Assembly (NCBI RefSeq): GCF_009914755.1 | Contig: NC_060944.1 | Direction: 5' to 3' (one strand) | DNA length: 64,000 nt | From: the human T2T-CHM13v2.0 reference genome, Homo sapiens | In this document: one piece after another, positions 15,901 to 31,440 of the stretch | How positions within the stretch are numbered: the first letter of the stretch is position 1 | Layout: each line of letters starts with the position of its first letter | Made by a program: the position numbers and the translations under genes | The notes under the pieces: generated by a model | What the model was told of the DNA's origin: nothing | What the model saw: only the letters and a program-made list of their open reading frames with translations | The model's database searches: none

Positions 15901-16745
15901 CAGAAATTCAAGGTCGGAAATAATTCCTGTCCTCTTGAGCCTGCCTTCAGCCTCCCTGAGGAGTGCAGTGACTGAAATTTTCTACTAATTGTAGCCATAA
16001 TTTTAGCATGCAATTAAACACATGATTTCCTTCCCAGCTGATGTCTTTTTAGTTAGTCTGACATGGATGAGACAAAAGCTCTGTTGATTTGAACGGCCAC
16101 TTTAATCTGATAGGAGGTCACGGAAAGTCATCATTATTTGAGCACCTTTGACTATCCAGTAGGATCTAGATTAATCTTGCTTATAAACATGGCCAACAGC
16201 TTGGGTGCTTCTAATACAATTTCCAATGCTACTGTCTGTGGGCCAAAGAAAGCTGTCTGTTGGCATGCCCATTTTGCTGAGTCCTGAAGTTAGGGACCCA
16301 CTGGTAGGAAAGACTCAGAGAAGGAATTTGTGAGGTTGTGGTGGCAGGAACAGAGACTCATGGAGGTCACCCAGGTTGCGGAAGGACCTCAGGGTGTGAG
16401 GCCTGCCTGTGCCGCAGTAGCCCAAAAGCAGTGCCTTCCATGGAGGGAGATGGAGGGCTTCACTGCATGCAGTGCAAACATGGCCTTCCAGAATGCTCTG
16501 TGTTTGCCTTCCCACCATGTACAGTCCCGGTAACCCACATTCTTTCCCACCCTTGGTGTTACCAGACCTTTTATTTCTTGCCAAATCTGTTGGGCGCGCA
16601 GCAGCCTCTGTGCTACTTAATCCTGCATTTCCATCCCTCTTACAAGGCTGGCTAACTTTTCCTGTGTTGAGTGGCTGATCCTCCTCCCGGTCAACCTCCT
16701 TCTCCCACTGTGACCCGGGTTTTGGATCACGCTGATCTAGGTGTG

Positions 16746-17117
16746 TGATATGGTTTGGCTGTGCCCCACCCAAATCTCATCTTGAATTGTAACTCTCACA
16801 ATTCATATGTTTTGTGGGAGGAACCTGGTAGGAGGTAATTGAATCATGGGGGCGGGTCTTTCCTGTGCTGTTCTCGTGATAGTGAATAAGTCTCACGAGA
16901 TCTGATGGTTTTAAAAACGGGAGTTTCCCTGCACAAGCTCTCTCTCTTTTTGCCTACTGCCATCCATGTAAGATCTGATTTGCTTCTCCTTGCCTTCCGC
17001 CATGATTGTGAGGCCTTCCCAGCCGTGAGGAACTGTGAGTCCGTTAAACCTCTTTCTTTTGTAAGTTTCCCAGTATTGAGTATGTCTTTATTAGCAGTGT
17101 GAAAATGAACTAATACA
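16746..17117 (+). mobile_element. THE1B solo LTR (MaLR)
   Basis: Begins tgatatggtttggctgtg and ends gaactaataca; perfect 5-bp TSD gtgtg at 16741-16745 and 17118-17122. Confidence 0.9.
16836..16846 (+). promoter_or_regulatory. DUX4-type double-homeodomain motif within the THE1B LTR
   Basis: TAATTGAATCA. THE1 LTRs are known DUX4 targets; binding at this copy is not shown. Confidence 0.45.
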
Positions 17118-17182
17118 GTGTGCTTTTGGATGGAGTAATCTGGTGTCTCCATCTTTGGTAACTGTTTGGATTGCTTTTTCAG

Positions 17183-17289
17183 ATGGCAAGTTTGGGGCCT
17201 ACATGCAGGTGCACATTCAGAATGATGGGCCTGTGACCATAGAGCTGGAATCGCCAGCTCCCGGCACTGCTACCTCTGACCCAAAGCAG
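17183..17289 (+). CDS. DTD1: D-aminoacyl-tRNA deacylase 1 (DUE-B), internal coding exon (probably exon 4)
   Basis: Acceptor ttgctttttcag| and donor CAG|gtaagc. The 107 nt (phase 1 to phase 0) encode (D)GKFGAYMQVHIQNDGPVTIELESPAPGTATSDPKQ, including the DTD-family GxFGA and NDGPVT (Gly-cisPro) motifs. Confidence 0.96.
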
Positions 17290-18044
17290 GTAAGCCTGGA
17301 GTCTGGTGCCTGGCTCCGTCCCTTGGGTGCCTGTAACATCCCTTTAGTCCCTGGAACAGTCCTCGGTCTGAGGAAATACATCATTGTTGCAACGTTGTAT
17401 TTATTTTAATACCTGCCTTCCCAAGAGCGCATGTTTACGGTGCACTCCTGAGTACTGTGGCCGGTGGGTACAGCACTTCTCCCTTGCCTCGTCCTGCCTT
17501 TGAATTCCAGAGGACATGTCCTGTGCAGAGCCAGGTTCTTCCCCTGGGCTTCCCTTCCCTTGGCCAGGTGCCGTGGCGCCCACCTGCCCCTGGGTGGCAG
17601 CAGAGCAATGGCCCTGGATTGGCCGGTTCACCCATTCCGAATGGTTACCTGAATTGGGTTTGGTCCCAGGTGTGGATAGATGTGCCCCCCAAGGTTTGCT
17701 GTAAATCTCCATTTTTCTAAAGCAGCGTCTGACCTGGATTTGCTGCCAATTTGTAAGCTTTCATGAAATAAAAGTTAATTAAAATAGAGAAAGGAAATGT
17801 GTAATAGTCCTTGGAACCCGCGTGGTCTCATAGATGCTTAGCATACTTGTAAAGGCTTAATTAACACACTCACTGGATAGAGACACGTAGGGCCTGGCAG
17901 GCAGAGGAAGAAGGACTGAGCAAACATTTCCATTCTTCCTTCCCAGTCTCCCTCCCTTGCTAGCATGCTGTGATGGCCAGTGATGCGGCAGTAAGGGGAC
18001 AGCGTGATAGAAACGTGAAGCTGGGCAACCTGTTCAAAGCCAGA

Positions 18045-18670
<626 letters not shown>

Positions 18671-18702
18671 TAAAGTGGAACATAATCTTTCTTTTTTGTT
18701 TC

Positions 18703-19084
18703 TGTATTAGTTTATTCTCATACTGCTATAAAGAAATACCTGAGACAGGGTAATTTATTAAAAAAAAGAGGTTTAATTGGCTCACAGTTCTGCAGGCTGT
18801 GCAGGAAGGATGGCTGCAGAGGCCTCAGGAAACTTACAATCATGGTGGAAGGTGAAGGGGAAGCAGGCACATCTTCACATGGCCAGAGCAGAAATAAGAG
18901 AAAGCAGGGGGATGTACTACACATTTTTAAACAACCAGATCTCATGAGAACTCACTGTCACGAGAACAGCAAGGGGGAAGTCTACCCCCATGATCCAGTC
19001 ACCTCCCACCAGGCCCCTCCTCCAATGCTGGGGATTCCAATTCAACATGAGATTTGGGTGGGGACACAAATCCAAACCATAGCA
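18703..19084 (-). mobile_element. MSTA-type solo LTR
   Basis: tgtattagtttattctc...cacaaatccaaaccatagca; perfect TSD gtttc at 18698-18702 and 19085-19089. Confidence 0.88.
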
Positions 19085-19217
19085 GTTTCTGACTCTTTTT
19101 GTATTGAGGAACATGTCTGATGTAGTAGGCTAGACTTCAGTGGTAGTAACTGAGGGTCTTGGAATGACTAATGACATTAAAAAAAATCACAAATGAAAAG
19201 TCCACATGAAAATGTAA

Positions 19218-20110
<893 letters not shown>

Positions 20111-20271
20111 CCCTTGTCTGTCCTCTGGCTCATTCACAGCAGACAGCTCTCTCTCAGCTTTGCAGGGAAAGAAGCCAGCAGATGGCATTGACTCTGCTTC
20201 TCTATCCCCCTTCTGCCACCGTGGTAGCAGAGCTACCCTTTCCTGGGCTGAGTCCAGCCTCTCCCTGGGGC

Positions 20272-20445
20272 CAGGACCAGCTACATAATTTGAGAGGCCC
20301 AGTGTAAAATGAAAATGTGGGGCCCCTTGTTCAAAAAATATTACAAATTTCAAGGTGGTGACATAGAGCATAAAACGAAAGGTGGGGCCCCTCTGAAGAT
20401 GGGGCCTGTGTGACTGCTCGGCTGTGGGTCTAGACTGACCTGGGC
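20272..20445 (+). mobile_element. MER45A (hAT-Tip100 MITE)
   Basis: caggaccagctacataatttgagaggcccagtgtaaaatgaaaatgtggggccccttgttcaaaaa matches the MER45A 5' end. Confidence 0.75.
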
Positions 20446-20971
20446 TTTGGAGCCCTTCCCTTCCACCTCCTCAGCAGCTTCCTGGAAGCCTCTGTCCTCT
20501 TGTTGGTTCTGTCTGCCTCTCACAGTCATCCATCTTATCCCATTGGGTTTTAAATATGCCCAAATGTCTCCAATTGAGAAATGCTTCCATTTCCTCCCTT
20601 CTGCTCTGCCACAGTGTCCTTGGGTCTGTAAAGGTTCTCACCGAGGGCCCCAGTGACCTCACATTGCTTTATTTCATGCCCATTTTTCAGAACCCTTTTC
20701 TTGCCACTGCTGCCCACTTTTGCCCCTGGAAATGGCTGGAGCCTTGTTTCCCAGGACGTCATTCTCTCTGGGTTTTTGTCTTGCCTCTGGCTACTCCCTC
20801 TGGTTTTATTTGATCATTATTCCATAGTTTTTAGTTATTATTCTGCTTTAACTCTATTTGGAGAAAAATTTTAGTCTTTTTTTCATTCTAAATATTTTTC
20901 TGGAAATGGTAGAATAGTACATTTTGCCTTTAGAATCTTCACCTTTCTTTCAACCAGTACCCTCTTCTTGT

Positions 20972-21212
20972 TTAGGTCAAAGGGTACAAAGATGCAGTTA
21001 TTTTGGGTGAGTAAGTCTCAAGATCTAATGTACACCATAAGGAGTGCAGTATCATATTGTGCACTGGGAGTAGATTTAGGAATTCTCAGCACACACAGAA
21101 TAAAGGACGGTAACTGTGTGAGATGCTGGACATGTAATTTACTTGACTGTAGTAATCACTTCACTATGTGTATGTAGATCAGAGCATCATGCTGTACACC
21201 TTATACAATAAA
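20972..21212 (+). mobile_element. L1MA 3' end
   Basis: ggtcaaagggtacaaag...gatctaatgtac...cttgactgtagtaatcacttcactatgt...catcatgctgtacacctt...aataaa. Confidence 0.75.
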
Positions 21213-21440
21213 TCCCTCTCCCCAAATCAGAAAATCCTCAAGTAGGCATTTTTTAAACTTCTAACGAGCCATGTTAACTTATAAGGATTAAAAAAGACTT
21301 TTAGTTATTTCTGAATCCTTTAGGAGTTTTCTCCTCAAATACACAAATTGTCTTGCATCAACTTCATTTACATGGACCAGTTTCCTGGCCCCCAGAAGCT
21401 TCAGACCCTGAACATTGCACTGCGCTCTGCCCCTAGCTCT

Positions 21441-21454
21441 CCAGTAGGTGGCGG
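21441..21454 (+). promoter_or_regulatory. Candidate CTCF core motif
   Basis: CCAGTAGGTGGCGG fits CCASYAGRKGGCRS exactly, in a locally GC/CpG-richer unique patch. Confidence 0.4.
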
Positions 21455-21825
21455 TGGGTAGGCGCAGAAGCGGCCTGTGTTAGGTTGGTGCTGGCCTGTG
21501 CCTGGGGCCTCTCTCTGCCTTTTCTTCTGAATTAGAAGGAGTTTCCTCTTGGAGCAAATAGCTAATTTGCTTGCTTTTGTGTTGATAGGAGGAGCACAGC
21601 CAAATTCTTTTTACTGATAGATAAACACGTGTTTCTATCAATTAAGCTTTTAATTCTCAGTGTTTTATTTTTCCATTATATTCCAATCAGTAATGAAAAC
21701 TGCTACAATTACATTAAAGAAAAATGGTTCTTTTGGCAAATTTCAACGTTATAGAAAAATGATTCTTTTAGCAGGTTCTTTTAAAATATAAATAAGTTCT
21801 TTAAACTATCTGAACAAATGGATGA

Positions 21826-21968
21826 TGTGTGTGTGTATATGGATGTATATGTGTGCATGGGTATGTGTGCATATGTGTATGTGTGTGTATGTGTGTGTGT
21901 ATATGTGATGTGTGTGCCCATGTGCATGTGCATGTGGGTATGTGTGCATGCATTTGTGTATGTATGTA
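21826..21968. repeat. Degenerate (TG)/(TATG) alternating purine-pyrimidine repeat
   Basis: About 140 bp of gtgtgtatatggatgtatatgtgtgcatgg... Confidence 0.85.
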
Positions 21969-24900
21969 AGCACCAAGTGTCGTTTTGGTATTTGATGGTG
22001 TGCTAGGCACTGTGAGGAAGAGAAGGAACTGCTGCTGCCCAGCCTGTGCAGCCGGGGATAGATTTTGGGCAACATAAACCTGAAAGGTTAATGACAGTGA
22101 AAGAGGTGGACAGCATAAGACAACTTAGGAAAGGTTACAAGACCATTCAGTTTGTGCTCCTCCTTAGAACTCTTCAGTGCCTTCCAAGTGCATTTTGCTG
22201 AAGCCTTGCATTCCTTGCTGTCATTTGCCAAGGCCTAAGTGACCAGGTGTCCGTGGCCCTTTCTTGCCTGCTCTGTGGCTGTCTTTCCCTCCATCCCTAT
22301 GCTTCACCTACTGCATCTGCTGTTGCCTCCTCTCCCTTGCTGAGAAGAGGGTCAAGCTCTTTCCTACCTCGGAGCTCTTGTCTCAATTCCAGGGTCTCCC
22401 CCTCCTTCTCCAAGAATCTCTGACCCCCACAGTTCCCAGGAAGCCCCTTCGGCTACTCTACTCTGCCCTGTTGCTCTGATGGTGTATTTCACAGACTTCA
22501 CACCATCTGCTATCATGGTCCACACCACTCATAAAACTCAAGCTCCCTGAGTGTTGTTCACTGCCCTGTCCAGGGAGGTGTGTGTGGGTGGGAGGGGTGG
22601 TGTTTGTTTAGCAGTGGTGCTCACAGCTGGTGGGCTGTGGTGTCTATGAATGTCCTGAGTTCAGAGAAGGCCATTGTCACTGCTGTTGCCTCTCAGCCGA
22701 GTGGGCCTCCCAGGGGACCGGAGGTTTTAGCTGACCTTTAAGGATATGAAAAGTAGAAGGGATTCCCAATTATTGTTTTCAAATTTCTACTTCAAATAAG
22801 GGTAGATTCTTATTTTCAAGAATCTCAGAGCTCTACTTATGTGATGCAGCTACTGCTGGTGAAGACTGAGCTGGTAAAGGTAACCAGCAGTTTGCCTTTC
22901 TAACTGGACCGCTGCTTGTTTGCAGAACTGGCTGCTGCAGCATCTGCATGCTTTCCATGCAGCATACCCATCACATTATAGGCTGCTGCGTGGGTTTCAT
23001 GCTATGTCCTGGCAGTGAGAAGTTGGAAGGAGAGCATTACATTCTTGCTCCAAATGACATATTTCCAAAGGGAATAGGACATGGAAGCAGCAGCAGAACC
23101 AACTGACTGCTGTTTTGCCTGGTGCATTTTTTGCAGGAGAACACGATTCTGGTAGGAACATCCTGCTTATTATTGCCTAGTGCATGATTGCTGGTGCATG
23201 AGCTCTTCCATTGGTGGCTAGATATTGGGAGATTTTAACACCCTAGCCTGCCATTTCTATGATAGAAGCTTATTCTTGTCTTGTTTTAATCTTAAGTGCT
23301 CTTTCTCTGCGTAGGGCTTGTTTTCCTGAGCCTCACATGGATTGGGGGGCAGATGGAGGTTTTTCCTGGTGAGAAGGGCCATTGGTAATTGAAGGACTCT
23401 TCCCTGGGGCCTAGGGCCCACTTAGTTCATAGTGTTGCCATTAATTATTTACATTCTCATTTATTTAGTGCCATTGAAGCCCTCATTAAATTGAAATGCT
23501 GGAAGGAGCTAAAAAAATGAACTTTCAAGTATACATGTTTGAGTTAACGGACGTGTTTATTGACAAATCACTGGGATGAGTTGGCTAGCGAAACACGGTG
23601 CCTTCAATTTTACGGAGCTATTAATTTTACGCTCCTCTGAGTATCACCGTTGCTCTGTCCATAATTTTCTCTGTATACTTGTCTTATCAGCAAGCATTAA
23701 TCCCTGAGCCTGGACCTTGGAATGTCAAGATTGAGACATTCATGGCTTTTGTAGGATCTGAAAGAAATATGTAGGGTAAGGGGGTGTGGGGGAAAAGAAT
23801 TCCATTTGGTTTTATTTATTTATACTTCCAGTGACAGGGGCAGCCTTTTGATTACCTGCTGTGGAATCCAGAGGTGAAATGAAGGACACATGAGCACACA
23901 GGTGGCTTGCTTCTACCAGGTGGCCCCATCACAGGTGCACAGAGGGGAGCTCTCACTTGCTGCATATTTCAGTTTGGGGGACAAATCAAATGAGAAGTAC
24001 TCTGAATATAAGGAAGAATTATGTTGTTGCTAATAACTTTGCATCTCTTCATGGAAGAACAGTTATTTAAATGTACTCCTTTTCACTCTGTTTTTAGGCT
24101 TGAATTCTAGATTCTAGCTCCCTAATTGTGGTTGGTTTCAGCTTCAGTGTTCACATGGCCTGAACCAAGCTCGAGTTGTTGACTTGCTGCAGGAGTATGT
24201 TTTAAAGTCTGGTTGCCAAGATGGTAGCCAGATCTTGTCAATTACTCCAGAAATATTAGTTCATTTTGTCATATTAATTTATTGAACAAACGCTGACTGA
24301 GGGTCCAGCTTTGTTTATGCTGAAGTATCACCAAAACAGAAGTGGGAACTCAGCAAAGCGTCCTCATTACAGAGTTGTTGCTGTTGTGCAGTCTTTGTCA
24401 GTGACGCTGACTTCTGGGACGTAGGCTGCCACATGGAAGGCCTCCTACCAGGGCTAGGGCGCCACCTGGCCAGACCTCTCACCACACATGGAATCACCTG
24501 GATTTCTGATCCTTTCTGTCTGAGCACCTGCTTTCCATGAATTATGAGATCAGCTCAGCCCTCTGGGGAGTGAGTTGGGTGTAGAGATGGTGGAGCTCCT
24601 GACCTCACTCAGCCCAGCCCACTGCTCTGCACAGTCAGAATTTATCCTGAGTCCTTGTCAGTGCCTGGGGGAATGCCTGCCTATTGCATGAATATTTGGT
24701 ATGAAAGGGTGGGAGCTTAGTAGATGTTTTTCTTCCTGGTGGAGAGCTGTAAGGGATCACTTTTATCACTTTAATTTGTTTCCAAATAGATGGTTGTCCT
24801 AAGTCAGCTCATAGTGGGCTTAAAAAGAAGCCTTTACAAGGCTGGCATGACTGTCTCTTTGTTGGGGACCCATTGATGAATTGATTAATCAATTGACTTT

Positions 24901-25914
24901 CACCTTACCATCTTAAATCCATAGCACAGGTTAAGGAAATTGCAAAAATTGAAAAGAGTTTTTTTCTCTTCTACTGGAATATGTCTGGTAAATTAAAAAC
25001 TAGGATCTGTTTCTTTTCTACCATTGACACATAAGACATTTCTAATCTCCAACCAGAGCAAAATATCTGTTTTGCTTTAAACCAGTCTCTCAGGACACTA
25101 ATGGGGTAGTGCATTTAAGGTTTAAGGGCTTTATTTGTTTGTTCCTGTATATGTGTTTTGGGCAGATTCCTAGTTATTTTAATCTTATAATCTCATTTGT
25201 GTGTGTGTTAAAAAAAAACGAACTCCTTACCTTGCTGACTTGACCTGCCAAAGATTAACAGCATCCTTTTTATTCTGAAGGGAGAGAGGTAGAGTTTTTC
25301 CTTCCATGGATTTATACATTGTGCATAGCAATAATTTAGTTAAACAGACTCAGTATTTTAATTGGGAATTCTTAGCTTGTTAAGTGATTTACCAGGAGCT
25401 TCACAGTCCCGGGTAATTGTAGAAAAATGTTCTGCCAGTCAGTGGTGTTTTGCAGAAAACCTTGCCGAAACATTTGCTTTAGTAATGGAGAGAGAATGAA
25501 AGATCTGGAAGTGATAGAAATCTAAAAAATGCAGCACTTGCTATACTTTTTTTACAGGCATAGATAAAACCCTTATCTACACAGAGGTGTTTGCCAGCTT
25601 GCCGCAGTATAGGTGTAGTCTGTAATGACTGATGAGGTAGTTATCTTTTTTAATCTTAAAGAGAAGGTTAGGATGGGTCAGTGGGGTGTGAGTTGGATCA
25701 AGTAGACTCTTAGGGGCTCACAGACTGGCCTGAGCTTATCCCACAAGTTTTGTATGTGTGGATGTGTGCAAGTGCCTTTTGCTGGGAAAAAGGGGACCAG
25801 GACTTTTGTCACATTCTCTGGAGGTCCCAAGAAGTGAAGAGGCTGGTGGACTGGGGACTGTTGTGTGCAGAGATTACACATTCTTTCTCTATCAAAGTTA
25901 TCCAGGGGTTGGTG

Positions 25915-26120
25915 GTAGTGTTCCTCAAACGGCAGACTGAGGACCACTGGCATCAAGCCACCCATGGTGCTTACTAAAATGCAGGGTCCTGGGCCCACCC
26001 AGGTTTTCTGAGCCAGAGTTCCTGGAGTGTCTGGATGAGGAAGGCAGAAGAGTAGCCCATTTATGTTTCTAACCAGGTCTTTGTGTGCTCCTAAGCACAC
26101 TGACATTTGGGAACTACTGG
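25915..26120. mobile_element. MER5-type hAT-Charlie MITE
   Basis: agtgttcctcaaac...gtgcttactaaaatgcag...catttgggaactactg, with MER5-like termini. Confidence 0.55.
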
Positions 26121-27159
26121 AATAGAGAGAATCAGGCCTTGCAGTGATCATCTGCTCCAGGTGTTGGTTTCTTCTGGACCACCCTGCCCTCCCTTCCTCA
26201 CCCCCAACTGTCTAAAAATACTTTACAACCTATGTTACTGCAGCTGCCAGGAAACAAGATGGCTTTGCTTGATTATTGAGGTCACATGTGAGTCTGTTCT
26301 TATTCATCAACGAGCCCTCAGTCTCCCAACACCCCTTCCCCCTGCCACACAGGCAGTGATGAAAATGTTTCCAGAATATGGTGCCTTCTCAACGCAATTA
26401 CAGATGTGTCAGGGAAAAGCCGATGCAGGAACAACAGCTCAATATGTTAGTGACTGATGATCAGCCGCTCTACTGGGTGACATTGAGGCATATGCTGGGG
26501 TAATAACTTTTTTCCTAGGAGAGATGAGCCCAACATGTGGATTGCTCAATGAGTGTGCAAGATTGTAGCAGTGTAGCCACTTTAAGACTTGTAGTTGAAA
26601 GTAATTTATAGTTTTCTTGGCTTTCTGAGTACCAGACATGGAATGCCTTACTCATCTGTCGAAGTGTTAATGGAACTAGAATAAAAACCCAGGGTGATCG
26701 ACATCTTAGCCTCTGCATGGAAATTGTAGTTTAATGAAATTCATGAATGTGGAGGCTTCCATGGGCAGTTAGCTGATCATTTACATTTAAACACACATGG
26801 GAAATTGTTAAGGGCTCATATTTTATGATGTATTATTACCTATTCAGTTCATGGTAAAAGCTTTTCACAATGAATTGTAGACTAGTTTCCTGCAGATTAT
26901 TTATTGTTTCATGAATAAGTATCACAATTTTTTCTCCTTTGTGTCTCTGCTCATCCACCTGAAATGAACTCCTTCCCTGTCTCTACCTGCTGACATCTTC
27001 CCCATCTTTTAAGGTTCATTTCAGATAGGTAGCTCTTCACACATGATGCTTACCTCAGTGCCCATCCAGGCGAGGCCTTTCTTCCTGCCTTTGGCTCCCC
27101 ATCACGTGGTGTGGCAAGGATTTCGTAGTGGTAATGCCCTTGAATAAAAAGCTCATGCT

Positions 27160-27800
27160 CATTTGTTTGTTTGCTTGCTTGTTCATTTATCCACTTATCC
27201 ATCCACCCATATGTCCCTCCATCTGCCCATCCATCCATCCATCCACTCACCTGTCCACTACCTACTCATCCCATACCTTTATCCAGCAGATTATTATTGG
27301 GTGCTTGCTCTGTGCTGGCCCTGCATGTAGGTCCAGCACTGAACCAACATTGTACCCTCATGAAGCTTCCATTCTAGTGGAGAAACAAACAAAAACAAAA
27401 ACAAGTATAATTTAAAATTCTGATGATATAAAGAAATCAAACAGGGTTAGGTGTAGAGAATGCTGTTGGCTAGAAGTCCCCTTAGGTGCAAGCGCTAGGG
27501 AAGGATGCTGAGATAAGAGGGAGCCAGTGAAGACTGAAGGAAGAGTGCCAGACAGAGGGGTCAGCAGATGCAGAGCTCTAGGGTGACTGGTGGAAGAAAG
27601 GCCAGTGTGGCTGGAGCTTGGAGGGTGACAGGGAGAGGGGCAGAACCTGAGGCCAGAGCTGTGACCTGGGGTTGATGGAACAAGGCCTCATGGGCCAAGG
27701 TAAGGAATTTGGCTTTTATTGTTAGTAAGCCAAAGACCTGTTAGAATGTTGAGAGCTCTGATTTGTGTTTGCAGAGATGGATGAGACTGGGTTTAGTGTA
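27160..27800 (-). mobile_element. L2 fragment with (CCAT)n tail
   Basis: (CCAT)n at 27185-27245, then attattgggtgcttgctctgtgctggccctg...gccagtgtggctggagc...gccaaggtaaggaatttggcttttatt. Confidence 0.7.
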
Positions 27801-29537
27801 GGCTCAGGATCGGGGGATGTGTGGCTTGTGACAGGGTGGCAGAGAGGACATTTAGGAGCTGTGGAAAGATTCTGGATACACTTTGGAGGCCCTCAACCAC
27901 TCTCATATTCTGCCTTCCACAGTAGAGCTTTTCTGTCAGTGACTCATGTTTGGTTCTTTCATACTGTGGCTTGAGCATTAGAGAGTAATATTGTAAAGTT
28001 CAACCTCCCACAGTTCACTGCAGGAATGACCCCATTCTTGCCTCCAAGGCCAGCATGGTGGAGGGATTCCATGGCATGAGTTTCTATGATGACATCAGAC
28101 ATTGGACATCAAGGAGTGCGATGCTCACCCCTGGTTTTTAGTGATCCTTGGGCACAGTCTGGACACAAAAGCCAGAACTTGTTTGATGGTTTTTTTTTTA
28201 AGAAAAAAAAAAAAAAAAAAAGCAAGCAAGTTCAGGGAAGCAGTCTCCTTTTTCCTGGTCAACATGAAGCCAAGTGTTTCACTATTGCCCAGTTTTCCCC
28301 CAAATACAAAAACATTAATTTTAAAAAGATACTGTAAAAAGCCCAAGAAACATGTATATTGAATTTGATTTATGTATACTATTGTAGCTAATATTTTCAG
28401 GGAAATTTCTAAATGTCTGTCATAGGAGCTTGTCAGAAAAAGAAAGATTTATTTTTGGAAAAGTATGTTTCCTGGTGTTCATTGAGCTTGGAAATTATGG
28501 AAAGTCATTGTCAGAAGGGAGGCAGCTGCTCCAGAGGCGGAGTGGAAGTCAGGACTGGAGAAGGTTGTCCTACTGTGGGCTCCAGCGTGCCTCTTGCTGC
28601 TAGCTGGTCAAGAGTCTCGCAGCAGCCACTTTATACCTCACTAGCTCCACCATCGCAATTATTTCTGTCAAAACGAAACACAAAAGAATGGCATGTCTAT
28701 GAATATTCTTCACAGAAAATATATTCGTTTGACTATTTTCCATAAAATGTGAAGTCAATTTCTTTTTCTATTTTTAATCATGAAAGTGAAGCCCGGAAGC
28801 CTCAATTTCTTTGTAATGGAAAGATCTAAGTTTGTGGCCTTGTTTCCATTTTCCACTTCTCCTTTGCTAAGTCAGGAACATGATACTCACATAATATCCC
28901 CCGGGCAGTGGCTCTGTTCAGGAATTGCATGGCTGTTTGACTGCAGAGGGAGGGCAAAGGCTATTATTAACCATTCGTGTCATTGTTGGGTCATGAAACC
29001 TTCAGGGGATAAGTATAAGTTCTATAAAATTTCATTTTGAAATCCAGACCAGATCTGGCCTTATGCTCTGAGGATTTTTTTTTTTTTTAAGTTTCATGTT
29101 GTCCCTTTGCCCCCCTTCATTTTCTCTTGGGAAGAGTCTCTTATTATCATAATTACTACTTGAAAAAAAATTCCAAGCAAGAAAGCAGTGTATTAACTGG
29201 AAAGTAACAATTTAGAAATGTTATTTTTTAATAGTAAGCTTTTGTAGTATTCCTGGGTAGAAAGGTATTTTTATAGAAACAGTTATTTTCCTATCTTTTT
29301 TCTCATGAGTCCATAAAATAGCATTTTTATATCAATTTTTGTTATATCTAATACATAAAATCAGTATTCTTTTAAGAATTTAGAAGTTTAAGATACACTA
29401 AAAATATTTTTGACAATAACTCTCATTCTCAGAGGTAGCGCCGTTAATAAGTTCTATGTATTTACTTCCAGACTTAACAAAAATATGTTTACCCACATTT
29501 ACACATGGTATCTCTGGGTGGGTATATGTCAGAAGAT

Positions 29538-31075
<1,538 letters not shown>

Positions 31076-31440
31076 TATGATGTTTTTACTTGCAGACAGG
31101 TTGGGAGACCAGTATCAGGGACTTTATTTTCTGAAATCACTTGAGAGTAAGTTGTTGGCCTGATGCCTTCTCACCCTTGAATTCATTAGTATCTTTCCTG
31201 CAAACAGGGACATTCTCTTATAGAAGCCCCAAAACAGCTGTCAAAATCAGAAAATTAGCATTGACATTTTACTAGCAGCCATCTTCAGCCTCCATAATTT
31301 ACCAGTTATCCCAAGGAGGTCTTTTATTACTATTATTATTAAGTTTATTTTCATTGTCTCAAGGTCTGCTGAACTCTGGATCCAGGCTGTGTCAGTAGGG
31401 TAGTGTGATGCCTCTTGTACCTATCTCTGCCTCCTACAGT

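Noticed and set aside
17143-17409. 88-aa ORF as a standalone gene
   Set aside because: Only 17183-17289 is DTD1 coding sequence, bounded by canonical splice sites. The start is a GTG in intronic sequence.
24455-24475. CTCF-like ggcgccacctggcc
   Set aside because: Only a partial core match; the CCAS end is missing.
24879-24894. Perfect 16-bp palindrome AATTGATTAATCAATT (ONECUT-like sites)
   Set aside because: About one AT-rich palindrome of this length is expected by chance in 64 kb, and there is no other support.
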